DNA of 64,000 nt, from IMG/VR virus record IMGVR_UViG_3300033145_001320, positions 17,768-81,767 of that record; one strand, given 5' to 3'. The notes beneath the pieces are model-generated. The model made no database searches and had not been told where the DNA came from. It saw only the letters and a list, made by a program, of their open reading frames with translations. The position numbers and the translations under genes are program-made. Origin of the DNA: a virus. The first letter of the stretch is position 1. Every line of letters begins with the position of its first letter. Below, in pieces: positions 29,047 through 38,114 of the stretch.

Positions 29047-29628
29047 TTACTTATTTGAGATTAAGCACCAGTTTTGACCATTTCGATCTTCGGGTATTGT
29101 TATAAGCGAAAACTCATTGCTAAACCAACACCTCAAATTCTTATCTAATAAATCTGACGAAATAAATTCGTGCACCTTGTCATAAGGCGGTAAACTTGTT
29201 AACTCTGGATCTTCAATTGTTATCGGATTGATCTTTCTTGTTTTTGAATCAGTAATCTCTCCGGTAATCAATTTTGGATGTGGACAATATACGATAACCA
29301 ATCTCTTGCCAACCATTCTGTATATCTCATTTCGGTATAGATAAACATTGGTATCTAAATCATATGCCACATTGTTTGCATTAAGGACTCGATCAATTGA
29401 TGTATGCTGTCTGCATAAGACTCCATCAGATTTCTTTTCTTCACAAATCTTGCAGTCTGAATGATCTACTGTATATTTAACTCGAAGTTCAAATGATTCA
29501 TCTGCAGCTTTCGAGAAGTATGACAGAATCCTTCTTTTGTTCAATAGGAATTTTACTATTGTAATTGGGTAAACTGATGCCCCCAATTTCTCAATAAATT
29601 TTTCCACCGAAACTTGTTTCATTAACAT
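29047..29628 (-). CDS. Hypothetical protein with CxxC..CxxH zinc motif
   Basis: CKIC...LCRQH; GGAG RBS. Confidence 0.65.
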   Translation of the reverse strand: MLMKQVSVEKFIEKLGASVYPITIVKFLLNKRRILSYFSKAADESFELRVKYTVDHSDCKICEEKKSDGVLCRQHTSIDRVLNANNVAYDLDTNVYLYRNEIYRMVGKRLVIVYCPHPKLITGEITDSKTRKINPITIEDPELTSLPPYDKVHEFISSDLLDKNLRCWFSNEFSLITIPEDRNGQNWCLISNK

Positions 29629-29677
29629 AACTCCTTCACATTTGGTTTTAGAACAAAAAACCTTTTAATTTTATAGG

Positions 29678-29747
29678 CACATGTGGCTGTCGACTAATAA
29701 TATTATTCAATAATTCGAATAACAGTATTGCCAACAGCCACTATGTG
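29678..29747 (-). ncRNA. 70-nt long imperfect hairpin downstream of the vWA/ARPP operon
   Basis: CACAT-A-GTGGCTGTTGGC...GTCGACAGCCAC-ATGTG; G-U pairs form only on the minus strand. Confidence 0.5.
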
Positions 29748-29758
29748 ACAGGACGGTA

Positions 29759-29929
29759 CTATTCATTCATATCATATTCTCCATACTTATACCTTAAAGC
29801 TTTTGGAACACTTATACCACAAATAACTGCAATCTTAATTAATACAGCTGGAGTAGTATGTCGTAAAAAATCTTCGATCCTACGCCTCAGCTTTCTGGTT
29901 TGTTTTTCAAGAAGATCAGATTCAGTCAC
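29759..29929 (-). CDS. Small basic protein, 56 aa (not in ORF track)
   Basis: AAGGAG RBS, GTG start; VTESDLLEKQTRKLRRRIEDFLRH...EYDMNE*. Confidence 0.6.
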   Translation of the reverse strand: MTESDLLEKQTRKLRRRIEDFLRHTTPAVLIKIAVICGISVPKALRYKYGEYDMNE

Positions 29930-29939
29930 ATTATACTCC

Positions 29940-30908
29940 TTATAATACTAATGATAAATAAACTGGAGTATTGTTTTGCTGAATCAAATCTCCGCCACCG
30001 CCAGATGTTGTTTCTAACATAGTTGTCCTGAGTGAGTCATCAGTACTCATTATTCCTTGAGCTTTAATATCAATTGACTCCAATATTGGAAGAATCTCTG
30101 ATCTTAAATGCTGACCAAAATCTTCTAACGTTTTCTTGACAACCTCTGCTGACGCACCTTTAGGAATCTCAGGTAATATCAATGCAGTTTCCTGAAGTTT
30201 TCCAAGCATTTTTAATCGGAGCATTTCAGCTCCATAACAACCACGAAGCAGAAGCTTCCAATAAGCTTCCCAATGTTCACTTGAGGGCATTATTTCAATA
30301 CCGACAGGAACTCCAGAAAACATAATGATGGCACCTATTTGCCCGTCAACAGGTTCAAATTCTGCTGCAAACTGTTCAAGAGCATCTTTGATTTCTGGTG
30401 TATCATAGAAATACCTAAGATGAGCAGCGTTTCTTTTTACTGAAAGAGGCAATCCACTCAACCATGTTTTGATTGATCCCCAAAGTTTGCTGTAACTATT
30501 CGCTTGTCGTAACGATGGATTTACTAATGCTTTTCGCAGGGCAATTGGTAGAATATCTTCTTCGTTTTTATCACCACGAAGATATCCTCCTTGCTCTTGT
30601 TCAATACAACATGCAGTATCAAAACTACCACTTGCATTTGCCTGAATAACTCCAGAACCTGCCATTGCATGATCCTGACCTGCTTTTCCTCGTACCATCA
30701 TATTGGATGGAACAATTGCTGGCATTCCTATATCATCATTATCAAATACCATTGTTCCATAATCCGAGGTAGTTCTGAACTTCAAATGTTCAGGTCCTGC
30801 TATTTCCCCTCTGCTATCTCCAAGTATCGGAACGACGGTCATCTCATTGACTGATTGTACGTTGCCAATTTCTATGCCAGTGAACTTCAACTTATTAAAA
30901 ATGTTCAT
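29940..30908 (-). CDS. ARPP-like (DUF6569/ARPP family) protein
   Basis: QSVNEMTVVPIL, GQDHAM, CCIEQEQGG, FEPVDGQIGAII..G..VGIEIMPS...W..LL..CY pattern, family recalled from memory. Confidence 0.55.
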   Translation of the reverse strand: MNIFNKLKFTGIEIGNVQSVNEMTVVPILGDSRGEIAGPEHLKFRTTSDYGTMVFDNDDIGMPAIVPSNMMVRGKAGQDHAMAGSGVIQANASGSFDTACCIEQEQGGYLRGDKNEEDILPIALRKALVNPSLRQANSYSKLWGSIKTWLSGLPLSVKRNAAHLRYFYDTPEIKDALEQFAAEFEPVDGQIGAIIMFSGVPVGIEIMPSSEHWEAYWKLLLRGCYGAEMLRLKMLGKLQETALILPEIPKGASAEVVKKTLEDFGQHLRSEILPILESIDIKAQGIMSTDDSLRTTMLETTSGGGGDLIQQNNTPVYLSLVL

Positions 30909-30922
30909 AATTTAATGACCTC

Positions 30923-32443
30923 CTATCCGAGTAATGTTTGATATTTTTGAACTAACAATGACTTGACCATATCACGATTTTGTAACATTCGATTAAAAAT
31001 AATCTCAGTTTCCAAAAATCTATAATCGGTCAATGGCATTGCATCAACCCCTTCTACCAAACTACGAGTTGTACCGCTTTTTGCATCTGCTGAAAATACT
31101 GGATTTAAATGAAGAAGGTTAAATTTCGCACCTTCACTTTTAAAGTGTTTATAGGTATGTTCAAACATACCTTTTATTTCATTTTCATATCCGTCAGACA
31201 CGACCACGATATTTTCAACCCCTGTTTGAATAGCATCAACAAGTCCGCTCCACAAATTAGTTGCACCATTTGGAACCAACACATTGACTTTGCTTTTGGT
31301 TGGAGTTTCTACAACTTTACCGCCTATGTAAAAGACATCCTTGATATTGTCCAATGCCGATACTAAACATAGTGATGTGATAAATGGATGCAATGGACGC
31401 TGTTCACTTCCTATCATTGATTTTGATGCATCAATGATAACAACACATTCTCCTATGGTGAGACGTTTCTGTCTACCGCTTACTACAACGATAGCTTCTT
31501 CTATCTCATCCATATTATCAGATTCATCGTTTAGAAGTTTATAGTAGAAAGATTTCCATAGATCATACAAGTCCTGTTTCTGATAATCGACTTTGAATGA
31601 TGTTGCTCCACTTTTCTTGGCTGCGCTTTCCAGCTGAATCTTTTCACGATCAGTCATCTTTGCAGTTGAATATATTTCTGAAATATCAATATCAACTCCA
31701 TAAGTATTACGAAATCCCATAACTGTTCGCTGAGGCATACCCTTCATATATTTTCTAAATGAAGTAGTAAGACCTGATTGCGCTGCTTGTCTTAAAGACC
31801 AATAGTTATCAATCTTTGGAAAATATGTTGAGAGTCCTTCACGACGAGGTTCTTTATCAAAGATGTGACAAAATACAGGATATGATTCCATATTGTATCT
31901 TCCAATCCACTTTGAGAAAAGTTTCATGTCACCATTCAATATTTTGAATAAGTCCTGTTTACCTAATGCATGTCGTACAAGGGTTTTCAATTTTCCTTTA
32001 TAGTTTACTGCCAGTCCATCAAGATCTCTGGAATCACGGTCGAAGATAAAACTCAATATAAGTTTTCTTGTTCTTGCATTATTAACTCTATTAAATCCTT
32101 CTGCACCTGTTAGCATTAAAAGATTTTTTAATGCTCTTGGGATACGCTCTTTTGACAGATTGTAAAGAATGACTTTCGATTCATAATCAAAGGAAAGACC
32201 ATCAACAGCAGGAAGATTACTTGAAGGTACAGGATTACCAAGTAACATATGTGTCATTGCACCTTTCGAAAAACCTGTTCCTTTAAGAAGAGTTATTAAA
32301 CAGAATAGCGTTCTATCATAATTGAATAAATCGCTCCACATTTGAACTACACGGCTAAATTGTTCGTCTGCATCCTCATAATATGCGCCTTTTGGTACGT
32401 ATTGAAGAATCCCTGAGTCAATTTTGGTTTTGCTTAAATCCAT
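30923..32443 (-). CDS. Helical domain plus vWA protein, divergent TROVE/Ro60-like architecture
   Basis: C-terminal MIDAS vWA (VIIDASKSM, GATNL, VVSDGYEN, HLNPVF) after a ~330-aa basic, helix-rich region; 506 aa; adjacent ncRNA array. Confidence 0.6.
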   Translation of the reverse strand: MDLSKTKIDSGILQYVPKGAYYEDADEQFSRVVQMWSDLFNYDRTLFCLITLLKGTGFSKGAMTHMLLGNPVPSSNLPAVDGLSFDYESKVILYNLSKERIPRALKNLLMLTGAEGFNRVNNARTRKLILSFIFDRDSRDLDGLAVNYKGKLKTLVRHALGKQDLFKILNGDMKLFSKWIGRYNMESYPVFCHIFDKEPRREGLSTYFPKIDNYWSLRQAAQSGLTTSFRKYMKGMPQRTVMGFRNTYGVDIDISEIYSTAKMTDREKIQLESAAKKSGATSFKVDYQKQDLYDLWKSFYYKLLNDESDNMDEIEEAIVVVSGRQKRLTIGECVVIIDASKSMIGSEQRPLHPFITSLCLVSALDNIKDVFYIGGKVVETPTKSKVNVLVPNGATNLWSGLVDAIQTGVENIVVVSDGYENEIKGMFEHTYKHFKSEGAKFNLLHLNPVFSADAKSGTTRSLVEGVDAMPLTDYRFLETEIIFNRMLQNRDMVKSLLVQKYQTLLG

Positions 32444-32532
32444 TATTCGTTAGTCCTCCCTTATTAAATTTCATTCCAACGTAAGTAAAACATATCCAAT
32501 TTTTTAGTGTGAAAAATAAAAATCAATAATGC

Positions 32533-32625
32533 ACCTCAAATAATTGGGTGGACTAGTTATTAGTATAATTACAATAGTTATCTATTATAGTTACCTAACA
32601 CTAATCCACCCCAAGCTAAGGAGGT
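32533..32625 (-). ncRNA. Long imperfect hairpin between the RNA array and the vWA gene
   Basis: ACCTC..TTGGGGTGGATTAG..GTTAG...CTAATAACTAGTCCACCCAA..GAGGT. Confidence 0.5.
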
Positions 32626-32626
32626 T

Positions 32627-32751
32627 TCTTGAAAGTGTAAATGTATTATGTTTGGGTGAAAAACAGGTATCGAAACCTGCTACCTATTGCTTTAAATGCA
32701 ATTGCTCTACCAAATGAGCTATTTTCAGAAAATACAAAAAGTCTTTCAAGA
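32627..32751 (-). ncRNA. Array unit D: Y-RNA-like stem enclosing a tRNA-like domain (anticodon UUA)
   Basis: TCTTGAAAG/CTTTCAAGA terminal stem, AGACTTTTTGTATTTTCTGA motif. Cloverleaf TGAAAA-TA-GCTC-ATTTGGTA-GAGC-A-ATTGC-ATTTAAA-GCAAT-AGGTA-GCAGG-TTTCGATA-CCTGT-TTTTCA-C-CCA (about 32653-32727). Confidence 0.75.
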
Positions 32752-32760
32752 GAAAAATAG

Positions 32761-32820
32761 ATGGAGGAATATATGCAGTTGTTGATTTTAAAGTAATCTG
32801 AATCTGCATAAAGTCTCCAT
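32761..32820 (-). ncRNA. Array unit C: minimal unit without tRNA domain
   Basis: ATGGAG/CTCCAT stem, AGACTTTATGCAGATTCAGA motif, TATGCAG/CTGCATA inner stem. Confidence 0.7.
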
Positions 32821-32836
32821 GAAATAAACATAGTGA

Positions 32837-32908
32837 AATAGAAGCTGTAAATGTAATTGTAGTTATTTTCTCCAAATGAAAAACAGAAATTACATTAAGT
32901 CTTCTATT
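32837..32908 (-). ncRNA. Array unit B
   Basis: AATAGAAG/CTTCTATT stem, AGACTTAATGTAATTTCTGT motif, AATGTAATT/AATTACATT inner stem. Confidence 0.7.
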
Positions 32909-32920
32909 AGAAATTTTGAA

Positions 32921-33029
32921 GCCCGAAGTGGAAATTGTATTATGTTGAGGGACTTGAACCCTATACGCTTGTTTATCATACAAGTGCTGAACCAATCAGC
33001 TATCAGAAAATACAAAAAGTCTTCTGGGC
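32921..33029 (-). ncRNA. Array unit A: Y-RNA-like stem enclosing a tRNA-like domain (anticodon GAU, truncated acceptor stem)
   Basis: GCCC(A)GAAG/CTTCGGGC stem, AGACTTTTTGTATTTTCTGA motif; D arm GCTG/CAGC, anticodon arm CTTGT-ATGATAA-ACAAG, T arm AGGG-TTCAAGT-CCCT. Confidence 0.75.
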
Positions 33030-33092
33030 ATAAATGATAATAAAAAATGATATTGGAGTTGAATCCAAAATAGTTTTTGCCGATAATCATTC

Positions 33093-33114
33093 ATTCAGTT
33101 ATTAATATATATAG
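33093..33114 (-). promoter_or_regulatory. Phage promoter-like motif copy 1 (CTATATATATTAATWANTGAAT)
   Basis: 22-bp motif recurring at 43297 and 47051; always intergenic, upstream of a minus-strand unit. Confidence 0.7.
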
Positions 33115-33135
33115 ACAATAATTTTTAAAATGAAT

Positions 33136-33396
33136 TTATGTGGCGTCTACGAGGACAGGTTTTTTTGCATCACCCAAATCAAATATTAACTTTCTGCCTG
33201 GGTAATTGTCAGCAGTAGATGACATAATTTGTTTTACAGAATGAGGCATAGAATTATTTGTGTAATATAATTGGACCCCGCCTTTAAAATTAAATACAAT
33301 TCCATCATGAGTCTCTGAAACATCTACTAACTCACTTCTATCGACACTTAAATTTAAAGATTTATGTTTGATTATTATTTGTGTGTTGTCTGCCAT
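33136..33396 (-). CDS. Hypothetical protein
   Basis: 86-aa ORF with AAGGAG RBS. Confidence 0.7.
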   Translation of the reverse strand: MADNTQIIIKHKSLNLSVDRSELVDVSETHDGIVFNFKGGVQLYYTNNSMPHSVKQIMSSTADNYPGRKLIFDLGDAKKPVLVDAT

Positions 33397-33402
33397 TCTT
33401 TT

Positions 33403-34020
33403 TTACTCCTTTCGTATTAATGTTATTAAAATAGAACTTCTCAAATTCTTTGATTTTTTACAAAACCATTTGATAATGTTGTCTTTATTATATGTTCTTA
33501 AAAAATCAGCAATCATCTCAGAGTAATAATGCAGATCTAATTGTTCCTCAATCTCTCGAATTATTTTGATATCATTATGTTCGCAGAACTTTTCAACTTG
33601 GAACGAGTTAGTATCTGGATTTAAAAGACTCCATATATCAACTATAAATTTTTCATGATCATATTCGACAAATTCTATAAATTTATACAATTCATTTATA
33701 TCATCTTGATTATAGAATGGATCAAGATTTATTGAAAATTCAAAATCATATTTTTCAGGCATTTTCTGAACAATTGAAAATGCAAGTACCCTTTGATATG
33801 CAAGAGGAAACTTTTTGATCTTTCCAATAACAGATTGATAGTTTGTCATAAATTCTGGATGACCCATGTAATCCGTAACATTCACATAATAGAATTGCAT
33901 AAGTCCTGAGTCGATTACAGAATTTCCATAATATTCATCTATCTCTGTATCGTCAATTTCCATTTCTGGTTCTTCAATTGTGTTTCCACATAATACTTTT
34001 AATTCTTCTGAGTCATACAT
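33403..34020 (-). CDS. Hypothetical protein
   Basis: 205-aa acidic ORF directly after RNAP beta. Confidence 0.75.
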   Translation of the reverse strand: MYDSEELKVLCGNTIEEPEMEIDDTEIDEYYGNSVIDSGLMQFYYVNVTDYMGHPEFMTNYQSVIGKIKKFPLAYQRVLAFSIVQKMPEKYDFEFSINLDPFYNQDDINELYKFIEFVEYDHEKFIVDIWSLLNPDTNSFQVEKFCEHNDIKIIREIEEQLDLHYYSEMIADFLRTYNKDNIIKWFCKKSKNLRSSILITLIRKE

Positions 34021-34023
34021 TCT

Positions 34024-37000
34024 TTAATCCCTCGTCAACATTAATGATATAAAATATGAGTTTAATAAATCTCTTGCAGGTGATGTTTTTGGTTCACGAT
34101 ATTCGGCACCACCAGTTTTAATAATTTCTGCTAACATTTCTTCTTTTGTTATATAATCATCTGATAGTGGACCCATGAACTCTGCAAGCACGCTAGGACA
34201 GTTATAAGAAATGAATGAATAGGTATCAAGCTCTCCTAACCTCTGTCCTCCTTCACGCCTTTTACCAGCAGTAGGTTGTGCTGTTTTTCCTGTCATTGGT
34301 CCTGTTGAACGTCCGTATATTTTTGCATCGCCCATATGCTCCAACTTTGCTATATACATATAACCTACTGGAACAGCATGAGTAGTAGATGTATTATATT
34401 CAGGTAGTTTTAATTTATATGTTGATTTCAATCCAATAGATTTTAATGCATTTTCAATATCTTTATGACTTGGTGCTTTAAAAGGTGGAATAATAATTGG
34501 ATAGAATCCACTTTTCTTAATTTCAGCTATGAATTTAGTATATGCTGTTGCACTCAAACTTGATATATTCTTACCGAGTCTTTCTGTTGTTTCTTTATTT
34601 TTTGACTTATCTAAATGACCATATACTTTTTTAATTAAAGCAACAACTTGTGTTTTTGTTTTCAGAGTTGGAATGATTTTTCCAAGTTCTTTTGCTATTA
34701 GTCCACAATACATTTCATACAATTGCCCGATATTCATTCGACCTAATAACCCAAGAGGATTCAAAAGAATTTCAACACGGTCACCATTTGGCATTCTTGG
34801 CATCAATTCATCTTTTTCAATTATTGAAATGATACCCTTGTTTCCATAACGGTTGCAGAGTTTATCACTTACTTTAATATCTAACTCTTGTTCAATTTTA
34901 AATCGAATATAAACTCCCTTTATTGTTTCACCTTTATATGTAAATTTATCTTTTGGAAGTTTTGGATTTCGTTTGTTTGTCCTTGCAATGAGATCTTTTA
35001 ACATTGGAAATTTAGAATCACCAACATTAGAAAATATATCAATATCAACAATTCGACCACCCTGACTCTTTTTAATAAATTGACCTGAATGCATATCAGT
35101 AGTTTCATCTTCTTCAAAGCCAATAATATCTTCAACGTCTCCAAATGTCTTTCTTAATATTGGTTTTCCTTTTGCAATTGAATCGCCGACCTCTGCAATA
35201 TAAAGAAGTCTGTCATTTTCAGCAACTATAACTTCTTCTTCAATTCCATGAAGGGATGTTAGTTTTCCTTCTTTAGCAACACTCTCACTTATAACAGCAC
35301 CATCCTCAAAGTTATATCCTTTGTATGGCATTAAGGCAGCTAGTAATGGTCTACCTAATGCAATTGCACCATTAGACATACAAGCACCTTCTGCAATAAC
35401 TTGGTTTTCTTTGACTCTTTCATTCTTTTCAACAACAGGATTGAATACACTCAAGGTATTCTTTCCTGAACCAGAACGAAGATGTACAGGTGATATATCG
35501 ACCGTCTTAGACCCCTTAGAACCGCATTGAATCTTAATTGCATCCTTGGATATACTTAGTATCTTACCGTTGCATGGGGACCGCTTTACGAAGTTGTCAG
35601 ACAGAACGTCCGTAAGGATTGACTCGTATCCTGACTGTACAATAGGCGCTTGAGGATCCTTTAATGGAACCATCTGCTTTGCTTGATTTGCAAGCATTAT
35701 TATTCTAGCACCATCTACATTTTCAAGGAATGGCACCATTGATGTAGTCGTTGACAACATTCCTGATTTTTCGGTATTGGTTATATTTTTACTTGAGAAC
35801 ATGCCACGTGAAGATGAGATTAAAGCATCAATTGTTAGCTGTTGAGCAATACCAATATTATCACTTTCAGGAGTATCTAATGGATCAATATTTCCAAAAT
35901 AGCTTGGGTGAATATTACGAGCTATTGTTTGAATTGCTCTCTTATCAGGTATGCCGCCTACCTTTTGGCCAACAGGAGAAACTCGAGTCATAGTTGACAT
36001 CTCTTCAATTGGATTTGCGTATTCCATATCAACAACTAATTCTGTCATTAAGAAATCGCTTAATACTTTTGTTGATGGAATTTCAAATTGTGCTTGTTCA
36101 TTTCCTGATAATACTTGTTCTTTATACACTGTATATGCAGCAAGAATTTGTTTCTGTGTTAAATGAACCAATACTTCTGAATTTCTAATACGTTGATTTG
36201 ATAAATCATTACGTTCAATGACATATCCTTGTACAACTTTATCAGCCATATAGTTCATAATCAAATCAAGACTAGTTGGAAACTGTTGACTTTTCAATAC
36301 TTGCTTTGCAACAGGATCAACAATATTTTGTAAGTTTGAACTGATTAAGAATGTTGAGTTCATTCTTCCAGTTAGACTAATAATTAAATCTTCAAAGTAT
36401 TCTTTTGATGGAAATTCTTTTTCAATTGTATATTGTTCTGGTTTCCCATGTATAAAACCTACAACCATTTGCTCTTGAAGTTCAGTGTTTATATTTTTAA
36501 ATACACAATACTGCCCTTCTTTGATTTTAGCAAAATACTTTTCACCTGTTGGTTTTGTATCAACAATTTCATATTTTATTTTGTATTGGTTACATGTTTT
36601 TTCAAAACCAAAACTAAATGATAATAAGAAAAACAAAGGCATTTTATATGACATAAATGCTTCTAGATATTTAACACGTCTTAAACTTTTAACATAGATT
36701 CTAAATACAGAATATGAACTTTCGAATCGTGAATGTCCTGGTTTCGGAAACGTTATCGGATTCTGTACAATTTGATTAACAAGACATTTTTGTTTTCCAT
36801 TTAATCTAAAGACTCCTGTACTTGGATTAATACGTGGAAGTTCTAGTTTGATATTATGTACATTGCCAAATTGATCTTTCAATGTAACGGTTGCAATGTT
36901 AATATCTGATTTTAATATTTCTCCAGCTCGTCCTGGTTTATGAGAAATAGAAAATTTTTCAAACTTCAATGGAAGATCTTTTGATTCCAATACCTTAAAT

Positions 37001-38112
37001 GAACTAATCAAATCTTTTCTTAGATTTGTTTCAAAGTCTAACTGTCTTTTCTTAAATATATGTTTTGGAGCTTTTCCGTCAACCATCTTTACAGGATCGT
37101 ATGTTTTGATGGTTTCGTTTATTGCTAAACTTTCTGCTTTTGTAGGAGGAATTATATCCCCCGCTAATGTTGAACTGATTGCAGTTAAAGCTTTTGTTTT
37201 CCCTTTAGCTGGAATTTTCTTTGCAATAGCTGTAGCTCTGTTTATATCTCCACTAGTTCCATATAAAATAGAAGATGTTGCAATGGTTTTAATTTCATCT
37301 GCATTTGCATCACCAGAGACAATTTTTGTAACCTCATCAGGATCTTTTTGTAAGTATGTTTGGATTGCTCCTTTTATGCTAGCTACATTTTTTGAGTCAA
37401 TATTTTTATCGAGTACTTTCATTATAATTTTTGTAGCTTTATTTGTTTCTGTTTCTTGTTCTGTATCAGTCAGGACACCTTTTAAATTTCTTACATAATG
37501 AAGTACTCTTTGAAATGTAAATTCTCCATCCTTTACAAGAAGTCTATAATTTGATTTTCCATTAGTTACTGTATTCAATATCATATCATCAAATAGAAAA
37601 CTTCCATCTTTCATATCACGAACAATTGGAAATATCTTTCTATTGACAAATGTATTAACTTCTCTATTTAAATCTATAGAATATAAAAGAATTTTTTGAT
37701 AGTTGTCTGGGAACTGTGCAGTTGCTGTCTTTAAAATATTTTTTAATAGAAACCCAGCTCTTTGTCTGTAGTTGGTTGGTTTATGCATTACATCAATAGC
37801 ATTTGTGTATTGTGATAAATCAAGGATAACGTTTTTTCCTGGTGGGACTTTTTGGTTGGCTGCATATGGTATTAATTTTAAAGCACGATATGCTCTCACA
37901 AGATCAGGAGTCATTCTTGTTCTTGGAACTGTTGTCAATGGAACTGATACATTCTTAAAATCAATCTTCCTCAAATTCATTTTCGCATAATCTTCAATAA
38001 AATTTGAGTTCTCAGGAAAATATATTAAAAGAAACGGTTCTTTTATATCCTGTGGAAATCTAACTCCATCAACAATATGTGTATATTGTCTCCAATTTTT
38101 AAATTGAATCAT
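34024..38112 (-). CDS. Phage multisubunit RNA polymerase beta-like subunit with N-terminal extension
   Basis: DPLDTPESDNIG, ANQAKQMVPL, GYNFEDG, DKLCNRYGNKG, LNPLG..GRMNIGQL, KLEHM, GGQRLGELD. Confidence 0.95.
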   Translation of the reverse strand: MIQFKNWRQYTHIVDGVRFPQDIKEPFLLIYFPENSNFIEDYAKMNLRKIDFKNVSVPLTTVPRTRMTPDLVRAYRALKLIPYAANQKVPPGKNVILDLSQYTNAIDVMHKPTNYRQRAGFLLKNILKTATAQFPDNYQKILLYSIDLNREVNTFVNRKIFPIVRDMKDGSFLFDDMILNTVTNGKSNYRLLVKDGEFTFQRVLHYVRNLKGVLTDTEQETETNKATKIIMKVLDKNIDSKNVASIKGAIQTYLQKDPDEVTKIVSGDANADEIKTIATSSILYGTSGDINRATAIAKKIPAKGKTKALTAISSTLAGDIIPPTKAESLAINETIKTYDPVKMVDGKAPKHIFKKRQLDFETNLRKDLISSFKVLESKDLPLKFEKFSISHKPGRAGEILKSDINIATVTLKDQFGNVHNIKLELPRINPSTGVFRLNGKQKCLVNQIVQNPITFPKPGHSRFESSYSVFRIYVKSLRRVKYLEAFMSYKMPLFFLLSFSFGFEKTCNQYKIKYEIVDTKPTGEKYFAKIKEGQYCVFKNINTELQEQMVVGFIHGKPEQYTIEKEFPSKEYFEDLIISLTGRMNSTFLISSNLQNIVDPVAKQVLKSQQFPTSLDLIMNYMADKVVQGYVIERNDLSNQRIRNSEVLVHLTQKQILAAYTVYKEQVLSGNEQAQFEIPSTKVLSDFLMTELVVDMEYANPIEEMSTMTRVSPVGQKVGGIPDKRAIQTIARNIHPSYFGNIDPLDTPESDNIGIAQQLTIDALISSSRGMFSSKNITNTEKSGMLSTTTSMVPFLENVDGARIIMLANQAKQMVPLKDPQAPIVQSGYESILTDVLSDNFVKRSPCNGKILSISKDAIKIQCGSKGSKTVDISPVHLRSGSGKNTLSVFNPVVEKNERVKENQVIAEGACMSNGAIALGRPLLAALMPYKGYNFEDGAVISESVAKEGKLTSLHGIEEEVIVAENDRLLYIAEVGDSIAKGKPILRKTFGDVEDIIGFEEDETTDMHSGQFIKKSQGGRIVDIDIFSNVGDSKFPMLKDLIARTNKRNPKLPKDKFTYKGETIKGVYIRFKIEQELDIKVSDKLCNRYGNKGIISIIEKDELMPRMPNGDRVEILLNPLGLLGRMNIGQLYEMYCGLIAKELGKIIPTLKTKTQVVALIKKVYGHLDKSKNKETTERLGKNISSLSATAYTKFIAEIKKSGFYPIIIPPFKAPSHKDIENALKSIGLKSTYKLKLPEYNTSTTHAVPVGYMYIAKLEHMGDAKIYGRSTGPMTGKTAQPTAGKRREGGQRLGELDTYSFISYNCPSVLAEFMGPLSDDYITKEEMLAEIIKTGGAEYREPKTSPARDLLNSYFISLMLTRD

Positions 38113-38114
38113 TC

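Noticed and set aside
32653-32728. Genome-wide stop-codon reassignment implied by the UUA anticodon
   Set aside because: Long conserved genes are intact in the standard code, and TAA, TAG and TGA all serve as ordinary stops
32627-33029. CRISPR array interpretation of the repeated cagaaaatacaaaaagtct motif
   Set aside because: Only two exact copies with irregular spacing; the intervening sequence is structured or tRNA-like; each unit has paired ends; no cas operon
32646-33090. Short ORFs 32646..32831, 32684..32995 and 32890..33090
   Set aside because: Mutually overlapping, no RBS, no protein-like features; the region is better explained as ncRNA
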